Counted from the stretch's first letter, positions 30,696-41,283 are shown. The stretch is 64,000 bases of DNA from Spongiimicrobium salis (GCF_043678055.1 NZ_JBHEQA010000001.1:1998198-2062197), one strand, 5' to 3'. Numbers and translations are program-made. The notes: generated by a model not told the origin, from the sequence alone.

Positions 30696-31274
30696 ATGGA
30701 AGCATGGTTCACCGCTTTGACTTTGTTTGAAAAGATTTATTGGACTACAGCGATATTAGCCACTTTTGTAATGCTGATATTTATTCTACTCATGTTCATT
30801 GGAGGAGATGCCGATGGAATCGATGGGGATGTAGATGCCGAAATCGATGGGGATACTGGTGTGGATTTTCAATTTCTCTCTTTTAAGAACTTATCCGGTT
30901 TTTTTGCCATCTTTGGCTGGGCTGGAATTGCCAGTATGGACGCCGGATTGGGAAAAGGAATTACCATTTTAATATCGGTCATTTGTGGCTTGCTCATGAT
31001 GTTGGCCATGGCCTCCCTATTTTACTATCTAGGAAAACTGCAAAGCAGTGGAACCCTCAATTTAAAAAATGCCCTTAATCTTATAGGAGAAGTGTATTTG
31101 ACCATAGGGGCCGATCGCGGCAGCATGGGAAAAGTGAGTATTACAGTACAAGGGACCTTACGGGAACTCGATGCCTTGACCGATGAAGATACTGATCTTG
31201 TCTTAGGAAATGTTGTTCGCGTAAAGGAAGTGACCGATAACGGAATATTAATTGTTGAACTCTTAAATAAATAA
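30696..31274 (+). CDS. NfeD-family membrane protein (C-terminal OB-fold), flotillin partner
   Basis: N-terminal TM helices are followed by a C-terminal beta-rich domain. It lies immediately upstream of a flotillin gene, the classical NfeD-SPFH pairing. Confidence 0.55.
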   Translation: MEAWFTALTLFEKIYWTTAILATFVMLIFILLMFIGGDADGIDGDVDAEIDGDTGVDFQFLSFKNLSGFFAIFGWAGIASMDAGLGKGITILISVICGLLMMLAMASLFYYLGKLQSSGTLNLKNALNLIGEVYLTIGADRGSMGKVSITVQGTLRELDALTDEDTDLVLGNVVRVKEVTDNGILIVELLNK

Positions 31275-31280
31275 CCAACT

Positions 31281-32720
31281 ATGTTAGCATTACCATTACA
31301 ATTTGGAGAATCGGGATCCGCTACCTTGATTGCCATCGGGGTAGCAATCTTGTTTCTCTTTATCATTATTATTTCATTCATACGTCGTTATAAACGATGT
31401 CCATCCGATCGTATTCTTGTGGTGTACGGAAAAGTAGGATCCGGAAATTCCGCAAAATGTATCCACGGTGGAGCAGCCTTCATTTGGCCTGTGATCCAAG
31501 ACTATGAGTTTTTGGATCTAACACCTATTTCTATTGAAGTAGATTTAACAAATGCTTTGAGTAGACAGAATATAAGGGTAAACGTACCCTCTAGGTTTAC
31601 CATTGGTATTTCTACCGAACCCGGAGTAATGCAAAATGCTGCAGAACGTCTGTTGGGATTAGGAATGCAAGAAGTACAGGATTTGGCAAAAGAAATCATC
31701 TTTGGTCAGTTACGTCTGGTGGTAGCTTCCATGGATATTGAAGAGATCAACTCCGACCGGGATAAGTTCCTATCCAATATTTCCCAAAGTGTAGAATCGG
31801 AATTGAAGAAAGTAGGACTTAAATTGATCAATGTAAATATCACGGATATTGTAGACGAGTCTGGATATATTGAGGCCCTAGGAAAAGAAGCGGCCGCACA
31901 TGCGATCAATGCTGCTCGTAAATCCGTAGCAGAAAAAAATAGAGATGGTTCCATTGGGGAAGCCAATGCAGTACAAGATCAACGAACTCAGGTTGCTGCG
32001 GCCAATGCCCAGGCCGTAGAAGGGGAAAATATTGCAAAAATCAATGTGGCGAATTCCGATTCTTTGCGAAGACAGCGAGAGGCGGAAGCTGAGCGTACCG
32101 CGATTGCCGCAGAAAAAGTACAATCGGCAAAGGCTTTGGAAGAATCCTATGCGGCTGAAAAAGATGCAGAAATTGCCAGGGCAGAACGGGAGCGAAGTTC
32201 GCAGATGGCCGATGTTATTGTACCTGCTGAAATTGACAAACGAAAAGCAGAGATCGATGCAGAAGCTGAAGCGGAACGTATCCGTAGAAAAGCAAAAGGG
32301 GAAGCAGACGCTATTTTGTTCAAAGCACAGGCAGAGGCCCAAGGATTGTTCGAAGTATTGACCAAACAGGCCCAAGGTTTGGATGAAATTGTGAAAGCAG
32401 CCGGTGATAACCCTAAGGATGCGGTATTATTATTAGTAGCGGACAAACTTCCGGAATTGGTCAAAACTCAGGCTGAGGCCATCAAGAATATTAAAATTGA
32501 TAAAGTTACGGTCTGGGATAGTGGGAACGGAAAAGACGGTAAAAATTCTACTTCCAACTTTATTTCTGGAATGTACAAATCCGTACCTCCTTTACAGGAA
32601 ATGTTCAATATGGCGGGAATGCAATTGCCTGAATACCTCAAAGGAAAAGGAGTGGACGAAGAGACGACGATCACATCTGATGCAGAGGCGGATACTTCGG
32701 ATAAAGAAACGGAAGAATAG
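31281..32720 (+). CDS. flotillin-like SPFH/band-7 protein
   Basis: An N-terminal TM segment, an SPFH domain and a long Ala/Glu-rich coiled-coil (AEAEAERIRRKAKGEADAI) typical of flotillin. Confidence 0.8.
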   Translation: MLALPLQFGESGSATLIAIGVAILFLFIIIISFIRRYKRCPSDRILVVYGKVGSGNSAKCIHGGAAFIWPVIQDYEFLDLTPISIEVDLTNALSRQNIRVNVPSRFTIGISTEPGVMQNAAERLLGLGMQEVQDLAKEIIFGQLRLVVASMDIEEINSDRDKFLSNISQSVESELKKVGLKLINVNITDIVDESGYIEALGKEAAAHAINAARKSVAEKNRDGSIGEANAVQDQRTQVAAANAQAVEGENIAKINVANSDSLRRQREAEAERTAIAAEKVQSAKALEESYAAEKDAEIARAERERSSQMADVIVPAEIDKRKAEIDAEAEAERIRRKAKGEADAILFKAQAEAQGLFEVLTKQAQGLDEIVKAAGDNPKDAVLLLVADKLPELVKTQAEAIKNIKIDKVTVWDSGNGKDGKNSTSNFISGMYKSVPPLQEMFNMAGMQLPEYLKGKGVDEETTITSDAEADTSDKETEE

Positions 32721-32861
32721 TTTTCAATCAAGCCAAACCGAGGAAAAGGCCTGTCACATAATCTTGTCGATAGGTCTTTTTTAGGTTTTGATTTTTACGT
32801 TTTCTAATTATTAAAGGCTATTTTTGATGAAAATTTCAGAAGTAGCAATAACAGATTACAT

Positions 32862-33950
32862 ATGACTACAGTTAGGCACGATTGGACTAAGGAAGAAATC
32901 ATGGAAATTTACAATACCCCACTTATGGAGTTATTGTATAACGCGGCAACTATTCATAGGGAACATCATGACCCTAATACCGTTCAGGTATCTACCTTAT
33001 TATCCATAAAAACAGGAGGATGTCCGGAAGATTGCGGGTATTGCCCTCAGGCTGCCCGTTACCATACCGATATCGAAGGCAATGATTTAATGACGGTTTC
33101 CCATGTCAAAGCACAGGCATTACGTGCCAAGGCCTCCGGGAGTTCAAGAGTATGTATGGGAGCGGCATGGCGAAATGTCAAGGACGGACCTGAGTTTGAA
33201 CAAGTGCTGGAAATGGTGCGTACCATTAATAAATTGGATATGGAAGTCTGCTGTACCTTGGGAATGTTGACCGAAAATCAGGCGAAGCGTTTAGCAGAAG
33301 CTGGATTGTATGCGTATAATCATAATCTAGATACTTCTGAAGATTATTATAAGGATGTGATATCTACCCGTGCTTTTGAAGATCGTTTGGATACCATAGA
33401 AAACGTAAGGAAAAGTAATGTAACGGTCTGTAGTGGAGGAATTATAGGAATGGGAGAACAATTGGAAGACAGAGCGGGAATGCTTGTGGCCCTATCTTCT
33501 TTGAGCCCACAGCCGGAGTCCACACCCATCAATGCATTGGTTCCTGTAGAAGGGACGCCCATGGAAGAAATGGAACCTGTTTCCATATGGGATATGATCC
33601 GTATGGTTGCAACCACTAGAATTGTACTGCCCGAGACCCAAGTGCGACTTTCAGCAGGACGTACTCAAATGAGTAGGGAAGGTCAGGCGATGTGCTTTTT
33701 TGCAGGGGCAAATTCCATTTTTGCAGGCGATAAATTGCTGACAACACCCAACCCTGATGTCAATGAGGATATGGAAATGTTTAAATTACTGGGCTTAAAT
33801 CCGCAAAAGCCTTTTACGAAGATTTCACAGCCAAAAACAGTGGAAGCTGCTGATTCCCAATATGAAGCTTTAGGGGAAAAACCAAAGTGGACGAGACCAA
33901 ATCATACCATTGAACGCAATGAAAAAGCAAAGTTGGCCCAAAAACGATAG
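32862..33950 (+). CDS. bioB: biotin synthase (radical SAM)
   Basis: CPEDCGYCPQ is the CxxxCxxC radical-SAM cluster motif. A long C-terminal extension is present. Confidence 0.95.
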   Translation: MTTVRHDWTKEEIMEIYNTPLMELLYNAATIHREHHDPNTVQVSTLLSIKTGGCPEDCGYCPQAARYHTDIEGNDLMTVSHVKAQALRAKASGSSRVCMGAAWRNVKDGPEFEQVLEMVRTINKLDMEVCCTLGMLTENQAKRLAEAGLYAYNHNLDTSEDYYKDVISTRAFEDRLDTIENVRKSNVTVCSGGIIGMGEQLEDRAGMLVALSSLSPQPESTPINALVPVEGTPMEEMEPVSIWDMIRMVATTRIVLPETQVRLSAGRTQMSREGQAMCFFAGANSIFAGDKLLTTPNPDVNEDMEMFKLLGLNPQKPFTKISQPKTVEAADSQYEALGEKPKWTRPNHTIERNEKAKLAQKR

Positions 33951-34024
33951 GAGAATAAGAAAATTTTAAGATTTTATTTGCCGTATTTTTTTAAATTTGA
34001 TGGTTAACATCAACACGACTATCA

Positions 34025-34885
34025 TTGAATTTAAAGGATATTCCAAGGGTAAAGACAATTACCAAAGAAGCTTTTATCGCCAATTACTTTAAGCCTCAGA
34101 AACCTGTTGTTATAGAACAGTTTGTTAAAGATTGGCCCGCCTATACCAAGTGGAACCTAGAATATATGAGGGAAATTGCCGGAGATATTACGGTACCCCT
34201 TTATGATGACCGACCTGTAGATCATGAAGACGGTTTCAATGAGCCTCATGCCAAAATGAAAATGACGGATTATATTGATCTCTTGAAAAGAGAGCCTACC
34301 AAATATCGCATTTTCCTTTGGAATATTTTAAAAGAAGTGCCGCGCTTACAGGAAGATTTTAGCTATCCGGACTTTGGATTGCGCTTGATGAAAGGATTGC
34401 CCATGTTATTTTTTGGAGGAATGGATTCCCATACCTTTATGCATTACGATATTGATTTGGCCAATATCTTCCATTTTCATTTTGAAGGAAAAAAAGAGTG
34501 TATTCTATTCTCGCAATCGCAGAACAAATTTTTGTACAAAGTTCCCCATGCCTTAATCACCCACGAAAGCATTGATTTCTCCAATCCGGATTATGAGCAA
34601 TGGCCGGCCCTTAAAAATGTCACTGGGTATAAAACGCATTTGGAACATGGGGAAATCCTGTATATGCCCGAAGGATACTGGCACCATATGAAATATATTA
34701 CGCCTGGGTTTTCCATGAGCCTTCGTGCCATTCCCAGAAACCCTAAAAATTTGGGCAAAGCCCTATATAATGTATTTATTATGCGGTATTATGACAATTT
34801 GATGCGCCGTGTAAAAGGACAAAAATGGATTGATTGGAAGAATGAACAGGCTATTTTAAGAACGCATAGGGCTTTGGAGGTGTAA
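34025..34885 (+). CDS. cupin-like / JmjC-domain protein
   Basis: H-x-D...H spacing (HYDIDL ... HHMKY) in a double-stranded beta-helix-like context. Confidence 0.5.
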   Translation: MNLKDIPRVKTITKEAFIANYFKPQKPVVIEQFVKDWPAYTKWNLEYMREIAGDITVPLYDDRPVDHEDGFNEPHAKMKMTDYIDLLKREPTKYRIFLWNILKEVPRLQEDFSYPDFGLRLMKGLPMLFFGGMDSHTFMHYDIDLANIFHFHFEGKKECILFSQSQNKFLYKVPHALITHESIDFSNPDYEQWPALKNVTGYKTHLEHGEILYMPEGYWHHMKYITPGFSMSLRAIPRNPKNLGKALYNVFIMRYYDNLMRRVKGQKWIDWKNEQAILRTHRALEV

Positions 34886-34906
34886 CCATTGTTTTTTTGA
34901 GAGACC

Positions 34907-36112
34907 TTAAAAAATACGATACCCCAGAATTAAGGAGAAGTTGGTATAGGTTGAGGATATTGTTGCAAAATTTGTAAGCAGTTGTCTGCTGGCAGTATAA
35001 TTAACTTCAATACTATAGCTATCTTTAAAAGTATACCCCAATCCTAAGTTAAAGGCACTTTGGGTCTCAATTTCAAAGGCGTTGACTCTATTTTCAAAAT
35101 CAATTCTGGAATTTATGGGAGCGTCAATAATAATCCCGGCATTAAAAAATAGTTTGGAACTATCTGTTAAAAAGCTATAATGTCTAATCCCTAGGGTAGT
35201 TTCAATGGATTTGTAGTCAAAATCAACTTCTTGCGACGGCATAAGATTCGTGCCATCAGTGGTATAGGATTGAAACAAGGGTTGCACAAAAAAGGACCAT
35301 TTGTTTTTGTTGAACGGGAAAATAAACTCAACTTCTACTCCTATCCTAGGGGATGCCTCGTTGGGGAAATCCAAGCCAAAATCCTGAGAACTGCTCCCAT
35401 TGAATGTAATGTCGGCTTGACTAAAACCTACGCCCCCTTTAATGGCGAACTTTATAGATTCTCTTGTATTTTTCTTCTTTAATGCAGTGTATTCAATGCC
35501 ATTGCATAGATGGTATTTACCAAACAAAGAAATCAACTCCTTTTTTTTAAATTTAAGTCGACTAAGATCTTTCGAAGTAATATCCTGGCATTTTAATGCA
35601 TCCCATAACTGTTTTTTATAGGTAGTGTTTTCTGCTATGCTATAGGTTGAAAGGAGATATTTCTTGAAGATTAATGTTGTAATAGGTTCATTATCTACAC
35701 GAAATAAATAATTGATGATTCTAGACTTATTATATTCATAAAGCCTTGCCTTTCCATCTACCAGTACTTTTAGAAAACAATTTTTTTCTTCAAACAATGG
35801 CTCTTTCGTTTTGCTTAGCTCTTTTGTGGCACGTGGAGATACTTCTATTTTTACTTTGGCCCTTACGTATTTGTGAGGTGTGTTAAGAATGGCAAATTCG
35901 GTAATATTCTGCAATGATCCTTTTTGAATTGGATTATCACTGGTCAATCGATATTCAAATTCGGATGGATTTTGTCGCCAATCCACATTTTTAATCCAAC
36001 AATCCGTCCGTTTACCCGCATTGTCAATAATATACCCTTTTTCGAAGGAAACCTGTGCATGTGCATTGATACAAAATAACAAGAAAAAAAATAGGAAATT
36101 GTTGGTGTTCAT
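34907..36112 (-). CDS. hypothetical outer membrane beta-barrel protein
   Basis: It has a signal peptide and a C-terminus LILGYRIF with a terminal aromatic residue. The C-terminal half shows an amphipathic strand pattern. Confidence 0.35.
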   Translation of the reverse strand: MNTNNFLFFFLLFCINAHAQVSFEKGYIIDNAGKRTDCWIKNVDWRQNPSEFEYRLTSDNPIQKGSLQNITEFAILNTPHKYVRAKVKIEVSPRATKELSKTKEPLFEEKNCFLKVLVDGKARLYEYNKSRIINYLFRVDNEPITTLIFKKYLLSTYSIAENTTYKKQLWDALKCQDITSKDLSRLKFKKKELISLFGKYHLCNGIEYTALKKKNTRESIKFAIKGGVGFSQADITFNGSSSQDFGLDFPNEASPRIGVEVEFIFPFNKNKWSFFVQPLFQSYTTDGTNLMPSQEVDFDYKSIETTLGIRHYSFLTDSSKLFFNAGIIIDAPINSRIDFENRVNAFEIETQSAFNLGLGYTFKDSYSIEVNYTASRQLLTNFATISSTYTNFSLILGYRIF

Positions 36113-36219
36113 GATTTGGTTATTGGTGTGATTATTTTCTATTTGTCGAAAATAATAAAAATATACAAATTGTAGTGTATCGCGGGTAGTTATTTTGAAA
36201 TAATTTTCGAATATGAAAA

Positions 36220-36690
36220 CTATACCTCTAATGATTGTATTTTTTCATAAACATATTGGCTTTCCCAACCTCGGTATAACAGGTAGTTCAATAATTTCCT
36301 TTTCTTTTTTTGAAGATCGGTGTCTGTAAGACTGGCCCATTTTTTTTCGACAAGCGTGTCCAACGTCTCATGGTATTGTTCTGGATCTATTTCGGACAAG
36401 GCCGCTTTAATATTGTATCGGGAAATATTGCGTTGTTTTAACTCATTTACGATTCGATTTCTTCCCCATTTTTTAATGTTGAATTTCCCTCGGGCATAAC
36501 TACGGGCAAAACGTTCCTCATTCAAATAATTATCTTGTATAAGTGCTGATACGATATTATCAATGGCTTCAGGAATCATATGCATTTCCTTTAGCTTGGT
36601 AGTAACATCTCTATGACAGCGCTCCTGGTAGGCACAATAACGTTCCAATTTTTTTTGAGCTTCAGTCAGGGTGTAGGTTTTTCGTTGCAA
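36220..36690 (-). CDS. recX: recombination regulator RecX
   Basis: LTEAQKKLERYCAYQERCHRDVTTKL... and the three-helix repeat organisation are RecX-like. The ORF track extends it to 36987 via an upstream ATG that overlaps the next gene. I trimmed it to an in-frame TTG at 36690, which gives about 157 aa. Confidence 0.6.
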   Translation of the reverse strand: MQRKTYTLTEAQKKLERYCAYQERCHRDVTTKLKEMHMIPEAIDNIVSALIQDNYLNEERFARSYARGKFNIKKWGRNRIVNELKQRNISRYNIKAALSEIDPEQYHETLDTLVEKKWASLTDTDLQKKKRKLLNYLLYRGWESQYVYEKIQSLEV

Positions 36691-36710
36691 TGGAAGGGGA
36701 ACAATTAAAA

Positions 36711-37532
36711 TTAAAACCTTTTTAATACAGCAATAATGATTGCCACAAGAATTCCTAGAATGACCATTAAAATTAGAAAAACAGGAATGAAGAGGATCAG
36801 TATCCCTACAAACTTTAACAATTTTATTACGGACTGTTTTACGGAAAATTGATACAATCTTCCATAGGCATAGGTGTAATAAAAAATAAGCAATAGGATG
36901 GTGATATAATAAAAATAGGGAGCTGTAAAAAGGCTGATCACAAAGAAAATGGAAGTTGCTAGAAAACTCAGGCCAAGGATATAGCAATTAATCACAAAAT
37001 GTTCTCCATAGCTATGGGATTTTCTATATACAAGAGAACTCATAAAAGCATATAATGGCATCAAAAGTATGACAAACACATTAAAATATTTTAAATATAG
37101 TAAGGCGTATTGCTGGGATGTTGCTTCTGCATCGGCTCGCATTTGATCGGTATCTACGGCATCTCCAAACTTTTCTTTCATAAAATTGATCATGAATTCA
37201 TTCGTTTGCGAACTGGATTCCGTTGTAATTGCAATGAATTGTTCCGAAAAAATGTTGAAAATAAATAAAGCGATAGTTACCCCAATTCCCAAAAAACTAA
37301 AAGGAGTCATATATTTTTTTCGGGCTCCCCCTAGATATTCCCTGAAAAGTTGCCCTGGTTGAAGAATCAACGCTTTAATGGTCTTAAAGTATTTATTATC
37401 CCATCCAATAGCATTTAAAAGATCGGCAATCAAGTTTTTTACAGTAATGCGATCCTTGATTATTTTGGCACCACAAGAAGCACAAAAATTATTTTCAGCA
37501 GATAGGGCCGCTGTACAATTTTTACAAGTCAT
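36711..37532 (-). CDS. DUF3667-like membrane protein with N-terminal zinc ribbon
   Basis: MTCKNCTAALSAENNFCASCGAKI is a CxxC-x11-CxxC ribbon. Several TM helices follow. I chose the start at MTCK rather than the ORF-track upstream M. Confidence 0.45.
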   Translation of the reverse strand: MTCKNCTAALSAENNFCASCGAKIIKDRITVKNLIADLLNAIGWDNKYFKTIKALILQPGQLFREYLGGARKKYMTPFSFLGIGVTIALFIFNIFSEQFIAITTESSSQTNEFMINFMKEKFGDAVDTDQMRADAEATSQQYALLYLKYFNVFVILLMPLYAFMSSLVYRKSHSYGEHFVINCYILGLSFLATSIFFVISLFTAPYFYYITILLLIFYYTYAYGRLYQFSVKQSVIKLLKFVGILILFIPVFLILMVILGILVAIIIAVLKRF

Positions 37533-37698
37533 TTTATAGTTGGTTAGGAAGTGCTTTGTAGGGCACATCGATTGCCAAGATAGCAATTTTTATTTTTTAA
37601 GATAATAGCCAATAGATTTTAACCTTGGACATCGTTGCCTTTAGGGCTCCAGAATATTTTAGGAAGGCGTAAAAAAAACATACTAATGGCGATCTCCT

Positions 37699-37923
37699 TT
37701 AAATGCTACGTTCAAAATAAAGGTAGTAATACACGGCAGCACCAAAATTAGTCGCATCGGTAGAAGATAATTGCCAACCATCTTTAGCATATTCATCTAA
37801 AATAGCTTGAATTTTCTTTGTGGAATCTTTTAAAATATGTTTGGAATCCAAGGATAACTTGCTATACAGAATAAACGACTCTACTTTGTATTCTTTCATA
37901 TCGGGGATTAAGTTTTTTGTCAA
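37699..37923 (-). CDS. DUF4177-like small protein
   Basis: MKEYKVESFILYSK...DGWQL matches the DUF4177 pattern as I remember it. Confidence 0.4.
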   Translation of the reverse strand: MTKNLIPDMKEYKVESFILYSKLSLDSKHILKDSTKKIQAILDEYAKDGWQLSSTDATNFGAAVYYYLYFERSI

Positions 37924-37992
37924 AGTACAAAAACCAGAGTTAATTGTAAAAAAAAAGCGACACTAGTAATACTAGTATCGCCTTTAAATGTT

Positions 37993-39570
37993 TTAATATA
38001 TGGTTTTTCCGTCGTTGTTTTTAAAACGGTATTCAAGATACGTATACGCATCTCTTGGTTGTATTTTAATCCATCTTTTATGGTCCAAAAACCATTTGAA
38101 ACGCATGGACATCAACCCTTTTGTTAAGTAAGCTGCTATGAATGGATGAATGTTCAATGTAATGCCATTGCCCGCTGCAGGGCCTTTCAATAATTTTTCT
38201 AAATCGGCATTGATTTTATCGATTAAAACAATGGGAGCTTCTACTTCTTGGCCTTGGCCATTGGGATTTTCCTCACTTGTTTTTATATTCATCTCAGGTC
38301 TTACTCGTTGTCTTGTAATTTGTATAAGCCCAAATTTGCTAGGGGGTAATATTTTATGCTTGGCCCTATCATCCTTCATTTCATCTCTAAGATGATCAAA
38401 AAGCTTTCTTCGATGATCGGCTCTGGACATGTCAATAAAATCCACAACAATGATGCCTCCCATATCACGCAGTCTAAGTTGACGTGCTATTTCTGAAGCG
38501 GCCAATAAATTAACCTCCAATGCAGTGTCTTCTTGATTTTTGGCTTTATTGGAACGATTGCCACTATTCACATCAATAACGTGTAGGGCTTCGGTATGTT
38601 CTATTATGAGATAAGCTCCCTTACTCATGGAAGCAGTTCTGCCAAAAGAAGTTTTTATTTGTCGTTCTATTCCGAATTTTTCAAAAATCGGTACAGAAGA
38701 GTTATACAATTTTACAATAGATTCTTTCTGTGGTGCAATTTCCTGTACATAGTCTTTAATTTGACCGTAGAGCATTTTATCATCTACTTGGATTGCAGTA
38801 AAGGAATCGTTAAAAATATCCCTTAAGATAGATGAAGCCCTGTTCAACTCGACCAATACTTTGGACGGATGGGGTGCTTTATACAGTTTTTTGCACATGG
38901 TGGACCATTTGTCCAGCAAGTTTTCTAAATCTTTGTCTAGTTCTGCAACTTTTTTGCCTTCTGCCACAGTCCTTATGATGACACCAAACCCTTTTGGTTT
39001 GATACTTCGTACGAGTCTTTTTAAGCGATCTTTTTCCTCCTTGCTCTCTATTTTCTGGGAAACAGAAACGCGATCGGAAAAAGGAACCATAACCAAATAA
39101 CGCCCAGCTAATGATAATTCTGAACTTATACGGGGTCCTTTTGTGGAAATAGGCTCTTTGACAATTTGTACTAATAAGGATTGATTGGCTTTAATGACGT
39201 CTGTGATGACCCCATTTTTGTCAATGTCTTTTTCAAATGGAAAGTCTTTTAAGGTGTAATCTTTTAAACGACCTGTACTGACTTTTTTGATGAATTTAAG
39301 CATAGAGGAGAGCTGTGGTCCCAAATCATGGTAATGTAAAAAGGCATCTTTTTCATAGCCCACGTTTACAAAAGCAGCATTTAAACCAGTAACGGGTTTT
39401 CTCACTTTGGCAATCATAATATCGCCAACAGCAAAATCGTTACTGTCCTCGTCTTTATGCAATTCAGTTAGTTTTCCATCTTTAAGTAAGGCAAAATCTA
39501 CGGCATCGGAACTAGATCGTATGATCAATTCTCTATTCACCTGGAATGTATTTGTACTTACCCCTGCCAC
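37993..39570 (-). CDS. ribonuclease E/G family endoribonuclease (RNase G-like)
   Basis: An S1 domain lies near the N-terminus and a DNase-I-like catalytic core carries the region DVNSGN. It is 525 aa. Confidence 0.85.
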   Translation of the reverse strand: MAGVSTNTFQVNRELIIRSSSDAVDFALLKDGKLTELHKDEDSNDFAVGDIMIAKVRKPVTGLNAAFVNVGYEKDAFLHYHDLGPQLSSMLKFIKKVSTGRLKDYTLKDFPFEKDIDKNGVITDVIKANQSLLVQIVKEPISTKGPRISSELSLAGRYLVMVPFSDRVSVSQKIESKEEKDRLKRLVRSIKPKGFGVIIRTVAEGKKVAELDKDLENLLDKWSTMCKKLYKAPHPSKVLVELNRASSILRDIFNDSFTAIQVDDKMLYGQIKDYVQEIAPQKESIVKLYNSSVPIFEKFGIERQIKTSFGRTASMSKGAYLIIEHTEALHVIDVNSGNRSNKAKNQEDTALEVNLLAASEIARQLRLRDMGGIIVVDFIDMSRADHRRKLFDHLRDEMKDDRAKHKILPPSKFGLIQITRQRVRPEMNIKTSEENPNGQGQEVEAPIVLIDKINADLEKLLKGPAAGNGITLNIHPFIAAYLTKGLMSMRFKWFLDHKRWIKIQPRDAYTYLEYRFKNNDGKTIY

Positions 39571-39813
39571 GATTATAGTATCGCGAGGGGATAAATTGAT
39601 TAAACAATGATTGAAACAGATAGATACATCTGCCGAAATTCTTTTTTCAGAATTCCTATGTCAAAGAACGTGTAAAAGGAAAAAGTAGCTGCTAGAACTA
39701 CTTTTTCTTGTGTCGGTTAGCTCTCCTACGTTTCTTACGTTTGTGGGTAGCTACCTTATGTCTTTTTCTTTTTTTACCACTCGGCATAAAATTCTACTTT
39801 TTGGATTAATATT

Positions 39814-40104
39814 TTATTTAACGTGTACGTTGCTTTTTACTCCTTCTACAAAAACCTTGGCTGGTTTAAATGCAGGAATGTTGTGCGCCGGAATTTTTAT
39901 GGTAGTATTTTTTGAAATGTTTCTACCTGTTTTTTCGGCTCTAGTTTTTATGATAAAACTTCCAAACCCTCTTAAATATACGTTGTCTCCACTCTCCAAG
40001 GAAGACTTTACTTCTTCCATAAAAGATTCAACAGTTGCTTGAACGTCTCCTTTTTCAATTCCCAGTTTTTCTGAGATTTTCGTAACAATATCCGCTTTAG
40101 TCAT
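39814..40104 (-). CDS. HU family nucleoid DNA-binding protein
   Basis: MTKADIVTKISEKLG...RGFGSF...RNISKNTTIKIPA fits the HU/IHF fold signature. Confidence 0.85.
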   Translation of the reverse strand: MTKADIVTKISEKLGIEKGDVQATVESFMEEVKSSLESGDNVYLRGFGSFIIKTRAEKTGRNISKNTTIKIPAHNIPAFKPAKVFVEGVKSNVHVK

Positions 40105-40230
40105 TTTATTTTTATAATTTTCTTAGTGTAATTTTTTTGGGTTGCAAATATATAAATTAAATTCAATCTTTTATCCTAAAGAACTAATTTTAAGTCTTTA
40201 AACCATTACTTTTGGACTTTAGTATTTTTA

Positions 40231-41283
40231 TTGATGTCCTTTTCTGAAAAAATTCTCCTTTGGTACGCCGAAAATAAGAGGTCACTTCCTTGGCGAAATA
40301 GTACCGAACCATACAAAATATGGTTGTCTGAAATCATGTTGCAACAAACACGTGTTGCACAGGGAACACCCTATTATTTGAAGTTTCTGGAACATTTTCC
40401 CACGGTGCACGATTTGGCAGAGGCCCCGGAAGAAAAGGTGCTGAAGTTATGGCAGGGACTTGGATACTACTCCAGGGCCAGAAACCTTCATGCCACGGCA
40501 AAGCTGATTTCTGAAGAATACGGGGGAAATTTTCCCAATTCGTATAAAGGACTTTTAAAATTAAAAGGAGTGGGAGATTATACGGCCAGCGCCATTGCCT
40601 CTATCTGTTTCAATGCCCCCGAACCTGTGGTGGACGGAAATGTATATCGTGTACTGGCACGATACTTTGGAATAGACACTCCTATCAATAGCACGGAAGG
40701 CATTCGTTATTTTAAAAACTTGGCAAGAGAAGTAATGGATACCTCCAATGTTAGGGATTACAATCAGGGTATCATGGAATTTGGCGCTATTCAATGCGCC
40801 CCTAAAAAACCGTATTGCCTACACTGTCCACTCAATGAAAGCTGTGTGTCCCTACAACAGAATACGGTGACAACATTGCCTGTAAAAATAAAAAAGAATA
40901 AGGTCAAGGAACGTTACTTTAATTATATCATGGCAATAGATCCCCAAGGAAGAACACTACTTCAGCAACGATTGGGAAAAGGAATTTGGCAAAACTTATT
41001 TGAATTTCCCCTTTGGGAATCTACTACGGAAATTGAGTTGTCAGAGCTAAAGGATAAACTTTTTGAAGTAGTGCCCATTAGCAAGGTAATACGGTCTTAT
41101 GAGTTCAATGCCGGCAAAAAGATTGTACACAAACTGTCTCATCAACATTTGCATACGAAGTTTTGGATCGTGGAAACCGACGAGCAATTAAAAAATGGAA
41201 TTGCTATAGAAAATCTGGAAGATTATGCTGTCCCCGTTTTGATTGCTGATTTTATAAATGCATTTAAAAATTCGTATTTTTGA
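40231..41283 (+). CDS. mutY: A/G-specific adenine DNA glycosylase
   Basis: A helix-hairpin-helix region (LKGVGDYTASAI), the 4Fe-4S cluster Cys ligands (CAPKKPYCLHCPLNESC) and a C-terminal NUDIX-like domain. Confidence 0.85.
   Translation: MMSFSEKILLWYAENKRSLPWRNSTEPYKIWLSEIMLQQTRVAQGTPYYLKFLEHFPTVHDLAEAPEEKVLKLWQGLGYYSRARNLHATAKLISEEYGGNFPNSYKGLLKLKGVGDYTASAIASICFNAPEPVVDGNVYRVLARYFGIDTPINSTEGIRYFKNLAREVMDTSNVRDYNQGIMEFGAIQCAPKKPYCLHCPLNESCVSLQQNTVTTLPVKIKKNKVKERYFNYIMAIDPQGRTLLQQRLGKGIWQNLFEFPLWESTTEIELSELKDKLFEVVPISKVIRSYEFNAGKKIVHKLSHQHLHTKFWIVETDEQLKNGIAIENLEDYAVPVLIADFINAFKNSYF

Noticed and set aside
31706-32464. Several 65-165-aa minus-strand ORFs and a 109-aa plus-frame ORF within the flotillin gene.
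   Set aside because: They are generated by the low-complexity Ala/Glu-rich coiled-coil coding region. There is no support for them as genes.
32721-32861. Possible BirA operator (bioO-like palindrome) upstream of bioB.
   Set aside because: No convincing inverted repeat was found by eye. Bacteroidetes BirA usually lacks the DNA-binding domain.
36113-36330. A 38-codon plus-strand ORF (MKTIPLMIVFFHKHIGFPNLGITGSSIISFSFFEDRCL).
   Set aside because: It overlaps the RecX C-terminal coding region on the opposite strand and has no supporting features.
36220-36987. The ORF-track 255-aa version of RecX that overlaps the upstream DUF3667 gene by about 280 nt.
   Set aside because: The N-terminal 100 aa are low-complexity and fall in the other gene's coding region. 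RecX proteins are about 150-160 aa. The gene was trimmed to an in-frame TTG at 36690.
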